From assembly GCA_964016885.1 (NCBI GenBank), contig OZ024744.1, positions 95,232,001 through 95,296,000 on the forward strand: a DNA stretch of 64,000 nucleotides. Reading direction: 5' to 3'. The notes under the pieces were generated by a model, which saw nothing but the letters and a program-made list of their open reading frames with translations, did not search any database and had not been told where the DNA came from. Shown here one piece after another: positions 62,701 to 64,000 of this stretch. A program made the translations under genes and the position numbers. This stretch comes from Eledone cirrhosa. Its lineage: Eukaryota. Every line of letters starts with the position of its first letter. The stretch's first letter is position 1.

Positions 62701-64000
62701 AACTACACAATATTAGATTTAGAACTACACAGTATTAGATTTAAAACTACACAGCATTAGATTTAGAACTACACAGGTTTAGATTTAGAACTACACAATA
62801 TTAGATTTAGAACTACACAGTATTAGATTTACAACTACACAGTATTAGATTTAGAACTACACAATATTAGATTTAGAACTACACAATATTAGATTTAGAA
62901 CTAAACCATTAGATTAGGACTACACAATATTAGATTTAGAGCTACACAATATTAGATTTAGAACTAAACAGTATTAGATTAGAACTACACAATATTAGAT
63001 TTAGAACTACACAGTATTAGATTTAGAACTACACAGTATTAGATTTAGTATTACACAGTATTAGATTTGAACTACACAGTAATAGATTTAGAACTACACA
63101 ATATTAGATTTAGAACTACATAGTATTAGGTTTAGAACTACATAGTATTAGATTTAGAACTACACAATATTAGATTTAGAACTACACAATATTAGATTTA
63201 GAACTAAACTATTAGATTAGAACTACACAATATTAGATTTAGAACTACATAGTATTAGATTTAGAACTACACAATATTAGATTTAGAACTACACGATATT
63301 AGATTTAGAACTACACAATATTAGATTTAGAACTATACAGTATTAGATTTAGAACTACACAGTATTAGATTTAGAACTACACAATATTAGATTTAGAACT
63401 ACACAATATTAGATTTAGAACTATACAGTATTAGATTTAGAACTATACAATATTAGACTTAGAACTACACAGTATTAGATTTAGAACTACACAATATTAG
63501 ATTTAGAACTACACAGTATTAGATTTAGAACTACACAATATTAGATTTAGAACTACACAGTATTAGATTTAGAACTACACAGTATTAGATTTAGAACTAC
63601 ACAGTATTAGATTTAGAACTACACAATATTAGATTTAGAACTACACAATATTAGATTTAGAACTACACAATATTAGAGTTAGAACTATACAGTATTAGAT
63701 TTAGAACTACACAGTATTAGATTTAGAACTACACAGTATTAGATTTAGAACTACACAGTATTAGATTTAGAACTACACAGTATTAGATTTAGAACTACAC
63801 AATATTAGACTTAGAACTACACAGTATTAGATTTAGAACTACACAGTATTAGATTTAGAACTACACAATATTAGATTTAGAACTATACAATATTAGACTT
63901 AGAACTACACAGTATTAGATTTAGAAATCCACAATATTAGATTTAGAACTACACAATATTAGATTTAGCACTACACAGTATTAGATTTAGAACTACACAA
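47745..64000. repeat. 22-bp satellite, consensus TATTAGATTTAGAACTACACA(G/A), roughly 720 copies, continuing past the window end
   Basis: 22-bp periodicity (agaactacac at 47821 and 47843); degenerate left edge; recurring variant monomers. Confidence 0.98.
50001..50353 (+). mobile_element. 5'-truncated RTE LINE end inserted in the satellite
   Basis: Matches 11719-11950 (last codons WHHAVIQGTR plus UTR) and ends ...cggacgtaaaacgg(tga)n. Confidence 0.88.

Noticed and set aside
47745-64000. CRISPR array or coding repeat
   Set aside because: Monomers are contiguous with no unique spacers, there are no cas genes, the context is eukaryotic, and stops recur throughout.

Overview
Repeat-dense eukaryotic DNA. 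The SINE families resemble those I recall from octopus/coleoid cephalopods; this assignment is from memory, not a search. Bases 1-47.7 kb are a mosaic of retroposons and DNA transposons: two head-to-tail Dong/R4-type RLE LINEs (one intact except for a homopolymer frameshift), a near full-length Tx1/L1-type LINE, RTE and CRE fragments, several tRNA-derived SINE families, a mariner, and piggyBac- and hAT-type MITEs. Five small, mostly palindromic, elements carry hammerhead-ribozyme folds typical of Penelope-like pseudo-LTRs. Five phase-compatible plus-strand exons (35.9-46.9 kb) define an unidentified host gene whose first two exons contain stop codons. From about 47.75 kb to the end is a 22-bp satellite with kb-scale higher-order structure and one RTE insertion. 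The most interesting signals are the hammerhead-bearing palindromes and an (AAT)n-targeting group in which a Tx1 LINE shares its 3' tail with the commonest SINE. An RTE C-terminus with three tandem C2H2 fingers is also notable.
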